Source of the DNA: Lama guanicoe
Lineage: Eukaryota
Assembly (NCBI GenBank): GCA_013239625.1
Contig: MU054132.1
Coordinates: 62,001-126,000 of the forward strand
Length of the DNA: 64,000 nucleotides
Direction of reading: 5' to 3'
Shown here piece after piece: positions 62,201 through 64,000 of the stretch (positions within the stretch are counted from its first letter, which is position 1; each line of letters opens with the position of its first letter). The position numbers were made by a program, and so were the translations under genes. The notes beneath the pieces were generated by a model that saw only the letters and a list, made by a program, of their open reading frames with translations, was not told where the DNA came from and did no database searches.

Positions 62201-64000
62201 TAAGGATTCACATTAACCTTCCGTCTGTGTATACATAGCCGACAGGCCTGCGTGGTTTTTCTATTGGCTTTTTTCCCCCACAACATAGTGTAATAGAACA
62301 AATACTGCTCACTGCATGAACTGGGGCAACTCATTTAACCCCTCTGGTTCTTAATGTTCTCAAAATAGCGTCCAGTACATTCATCTACTGTGGGCCTACT
62401 CTGCTGGGAACTTTGCCAGAAAACTTGTGCATACGTGATCCCACTTGATGCTTTTCACCATAGTGTTGGGTAACTTCACAAAGACATTGAGACTCAGAGA
62501 GGGTGACTAACCTGCCCAAGGCCACACAGCCCATAGGTGAGGACAGATTCCAACACCGACTCCACATTCCAGGCCCTTAAATCCCATGCTACACTGTAAC
62601 TCTCCATCCCTAGCCCCATCTCATCCCAAAAATGTGGGTTTGGATCAAATTAAATCTAAGGTCACTGACTTTCTTTAAGCTAACATTTACTAGTGAAAAA
62701 AAAAATGCTTGCTATATGCAAAGCATTTAGGTGCCCGGGGCAAATACACCAGGATGCACAGGACATAACCCCCACAGACAATGGTGCCCATAGCCTGGGG
62801 TGTGAAGAGACAACTAAACAAAGAGAAAAAGCACAGAACAGGAGGTGCTAAGCATGGAGCAGCTGGAAATAGTCAAGTTCACCACTCAAATCCGAAACAA
62901 TAGTGTTACCACTCTGTAGGGTATGAATCCCCATTTTATGCAGCAGGTCACATCTCATCACTACAGTGAGCAGATCACTGACAGGAAATCCTGGAGAGCA
63001 CAGGGTCCTGACTGGGTGGACGGAGGCCCTTGGGTCCAACTGCTGGCATCCCCGCTGTGCAGAGGCAGCCCTGGCTGGATGCTCACTAGTGAGCAGCAGC
63101 AGCACTGCAGACACCAGGCATCAGCTCACCGCCACCTGCACATGTGTTCTCACCCACCCGTGTGATGGGGGGAGTGGAGGAGGAGTCCTGTCACGCTGTC
63201 GCCAGCCTGTCCCCTTCTCCACGCAGCCTGCCTCGGGGCTGGTCAGAGAGCTGCTCTGTGGGCCACCTCTGCCCTTCCTGAGCTGTACCCTTGAAACATA
63301 AGGACATGCTTAGCCAGACGTGCCTGGATGCAGCAGCCTCACTGACAGTGTCTGGAAAGACCCCAAAAAGTCCTTGCCCCAAATAATCTTCCTCACTGCA
63401 CTGCTGGAAAATCTTCCCCCGTTCTCATTTTTCTTCAGAGAATGACAGGGAAGACTCCGGTGAAAATGCTGGTGTAATCCAGGCAGCTCACTCCCAGGCA
63501 TCCCCCGCTCGGCCAAGCAGGAACGGTTTATCCAAAGGTAATGGAATATGGATCAGATTCATAAGGGAGTGGAAAAGGTCAGGCTGAGGGAGACACAAGC
63601 CCAGGGCCTGTTGATTCTGCAACTCTTATCTTTTGCAAAGCACGATTCTAAAGAGGTTCTTAAAGATAAATCTCCAGGGGAACAAATTCATGCATCACAA
63701 AGTGGTCCCGTGGGCTGATCACACCGTGACACTAGAAGCCTCTGGAGAGAAGCTTCCATCAGAGTTTGCCAAGACTATCTCCCAGAGAAACTCCAGTTCC
63801 TGGCTCGGGGCTTGGGGTGTCAGTTGGGGTATGCAGCAGGCAAGGGTCTTGGAAGACCCGGGCCTGTGGGTCAGTGATTCTTACTAATTTTACACTCTTT
63901 CTGACTATGAAACAATGGGATAACTAATACGTCACGTGTAAAGCATTGTGAGCTCTTGGAGGGAATGGAGCTCACTTTATGTTAACAGGAAAGTTTGGTG

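Noticed and set aside
63900..64000. Possible start of FAM240A, expected by synteny
   Set aside because: No recognisable FAM240A coding sequence inside the window

Overview
Mammalian genomic DNA, most likely camelid (four tRNA-derived SINEs resembling Vic-1, plus related L1 3' ends), matching the LRRC2-TDGF1 locus (human 3p21.31 equivalent). Minus strand: LRRC2 coding exons 2-6 (ATG at 20925; 125+208+157+137+146 = 773 nt, all GT-AG, phases consistent). The gene runs off the left edge and its likely non-coding first exon lies in a CpG-rich patch near 30.8-30.9 kb. Plus strand: a complete six-exon TDGF1 (Cripto-1) gene, 45519-48791, 186 aa. Much of the rest is L1, L2, SINE, LTR and DNA-transposon sequence. 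Most notable observations: (1) a GC-box/ETS/CCAAT/NRF1/YY1 promoter-like cluster just upstream of LRRC2 exon 3, with an in-frame ATG blocked by one TAG; (2) a 154-aa antisense ORF with its own splice acceptor in LRRC2 intron 1; (3) a nested ERV/L1/LTR block next to the TDGF1 promoter containing a 97-codon open env transmembrane-tail frame missed by the ORF track; (4) a near-perfect 325-bp tandem duplication just 3' of TDGF1; (5) a palindromic micro-array at 33.3 kb; (6) a candidate unannotated spliced gene at 60.7-63.7 kb. No new biological system can be demonstrated from sequence alone. Repeat family names and cross-species comparisons come from recall, not a database search.
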